A DNA stretch of 26,795 nt, taken from positions 1-26,795 of IMG/VR virus record IMGVR_UViG_3300006071_001396; one strand, written 5' to 3'. Of the stretch, positions 25,514 to 26,795 are shown one piece after another (positions within the stretch are counted from its first letter, which is position 1; the number at the start of each line of letters is the position of its first letter). The notes under the pieces are model-generated. The model did not search any database. It worked only from the letters and a program-made list of their open reading frames with translations, and had not been told where the DNA came from. The DNA is from a virus (lineage: Duplodnaviria > Caudoviricetes). Both the position numbers and the translations under genes were made by a program.

Positions 25514-26512
25514 TTAAAGATTTTTGTTTATTTCTTCTAATCTTTGAATTGCTGATTTTGTTACTTTAGTCCAGTTGTAATCTTTGTGGATTAAAAATGC
25601 ATTTTTATAAGCTAATTCTGAGTAAGATTCATAATTATCATAAACATCTTGCATATAAAAAACTAATTGATCAAAATCTGGTCTATACATTAAACCAGGA
25701 TGAACTGTGGGCCAGGGGGATGAAACTAATTCTGATTTGAGTGGTGCAGTTATATATTTACCATATGATGCCCATGACTCTGTACATATTGTAGGAATTC
25801 CTTTAGCCATAGCTTGTAAAGGATTTAATCCAAACCCCTCGCCCCACGATGGATAAACAAAGGCATCACACAAATCATATAAACCATTCATCTGTTCATT
25901 TGACAAAAACCCTTCAATGCTTTTTATGTTAGGATAAAAAACTCCAGGGGAGCCCTGTACTCTGCCTGTAACTGGATCAAAAACTCTAGTAGTATTTAAT
26001 CTGCTACATTTTAAAACTAATTCAAATCTAGGGTCATCGCCAAATACCTTTATAAAAGCATCAACTACACGTTGAGCGTCTTTTCTAAAATATGGCTCTC
26101 CAACATGCAAAAATCTAAATGGGCGGGACTCATCAATAATTCTTTTCTTTGGAACCCATTCATCTTCAATTCCATGTTCATAAACAAAGACAGGTTTATC
26201 AGTAAACTGTTTAAATACTTCAGCACACCAAGGTGATGTAGTCCACATTTCATCAATATCATCTCTGAGTGGTTTTTTCCAAGAATCAAATACATCTGTA
26301 GATTCCCAAGGTGTATAACCAATTTTATATTGATGTCTTCCAAATATATACATGTTTGGTTGAATAAAAGAAATTCCAATATTAGCTTTTGGAGAACCAA
26401 CTAGACATTCAATATTATTTTTCTCAAATTCTTTCCAGATATGCCACGATGCTTCACCATATCCAACATTGCGATCCATATATTCTGGAGCACCTGTAAA
26501 AGAGATTTTCAT
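25514..26512 (-). CDS. Glycosyltransferase, GT4 (GT-B fold), paralogue of 18700..19770
   Basis: YTPWEST, HGI, RFLHVG...RK, YPSWGEGFGLNPLQAMAKGIPTI, YNW. Confidence 0.88.
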   Translation of the reverse strand: MKISFTGAPEYMDRNVGYGEASWHIWKEFEKNNIECLVGSPKANIGISFIQPNMYIFGRHQYKIGYTPWESTDVFDSWKKPLRDDIDEMWTTSPWCAEVFKQFTDKPVFVYEHGIEDEWVPKKRIIDESRPFRFLHVGEPYFRKDAQRVVDAFIKVFGDDPRFELVLKCSRLNTTRVFDPVTGRVQGSPGVFYPNIKSIEGFLSNEQMNGLYDLCDAFVYPSWGEGFGLNPLQAMAKGIPTICTESWASYGKYITAPLKSELVSSPWPTVHPGLMYRPDFDQLVFYMQDVYDNYESYSELAYKNAFLIHKDYNWTKVTKSAIQRLEEINKNL

Positions 26513-26524
26513 TGATTTCCTGAC

Positions 26525-26553
26525 TTGTTTTTCCTAGTATATCATGATACGAT
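26525..26553. promoter_or_regulatory. Overlapping divergent promoters
   Basis: Minus: TGATATACT at 26536-26544. Plus: TTGTTT(26525)-N17-TACGAT(26548-26553) with TGA extension. Confidence 0.55.
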
Positions 26554-26586
26554 TGATTACACTACTCTTTCCCTAGGAGGTTCAAA

Positions 26587-26795
26587 ATGAACAATGAGAA
26601 CAAAGCAAGGATAAGAACAGTGTGGACAATGGTTGGTGTGACTATTCTCACATTAATTTCTGGTATAAATTCCAGCGTTCACGCTTTAACAGCACAAACT
26701 ATCGTGTATAATAAAAATATATTATATATTAATAAATATACTAATTTAGTTAATATTAAAAATATTATTAATATAGATATAAATAATAATAAAAG
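26587..26795 (+). CDS. Partial ORF with signal-peptide-like N-terminus; runs off the right edge
   Basis: Not in the ORF track. AGGAGG at 26575-26580, then MNNENKARIRTVWTMVGVTILTLISGINSSVHALTAQ... open to the edge; basic n-region, hydrophobic h-region, VHA possible cleavage site. Confidence 0.6.
   Translation, partial: MNNENKARIRTVWTMVGVTILTLISGINSSVHALTAQTIVYNKNILYINKYTNLVNIKNIINIDINNNK

Overview
Part of a low-GC (visibly AT-rich) tailed dsDNA phage genome. Almost all genes are on the minus strand. In transcription order (right to left): GT4 glycosyltransferase; class II (B12-dependent) ribonucleotide reductase; several fibre-like or structural genes; a sugar-modification block (second GT4, two GT25-like enzymes, an RmlB-like dehydratase, a mannose-6-P-isomerase-type cupin); three collagen-like (Gly-X-Gln) fibre genes that share a C-terminal domain, each followed directly by a glycine-rich or paralogous partner gene, with a GH130-like propeller plus TPR pair inserted among them; a LamG-like protein; portal; CHAP endolysin and holin; prohead protease with an in-frame nested scaffold; and the 5' part of the major capsid gene. 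Most intergenic gaps contain a sigma70-type -10 box, several only 6-10 nt before the ATG (leaderless-type), which suggests an actinobacterial host (inference). The most interesting candidate system is a promoter-modularised array of collagen fibre plus tip-protein pairs interleaved with a phage-encoded glycosylation pathway. All functional calls come from motif recognition by eye; no database search was run.
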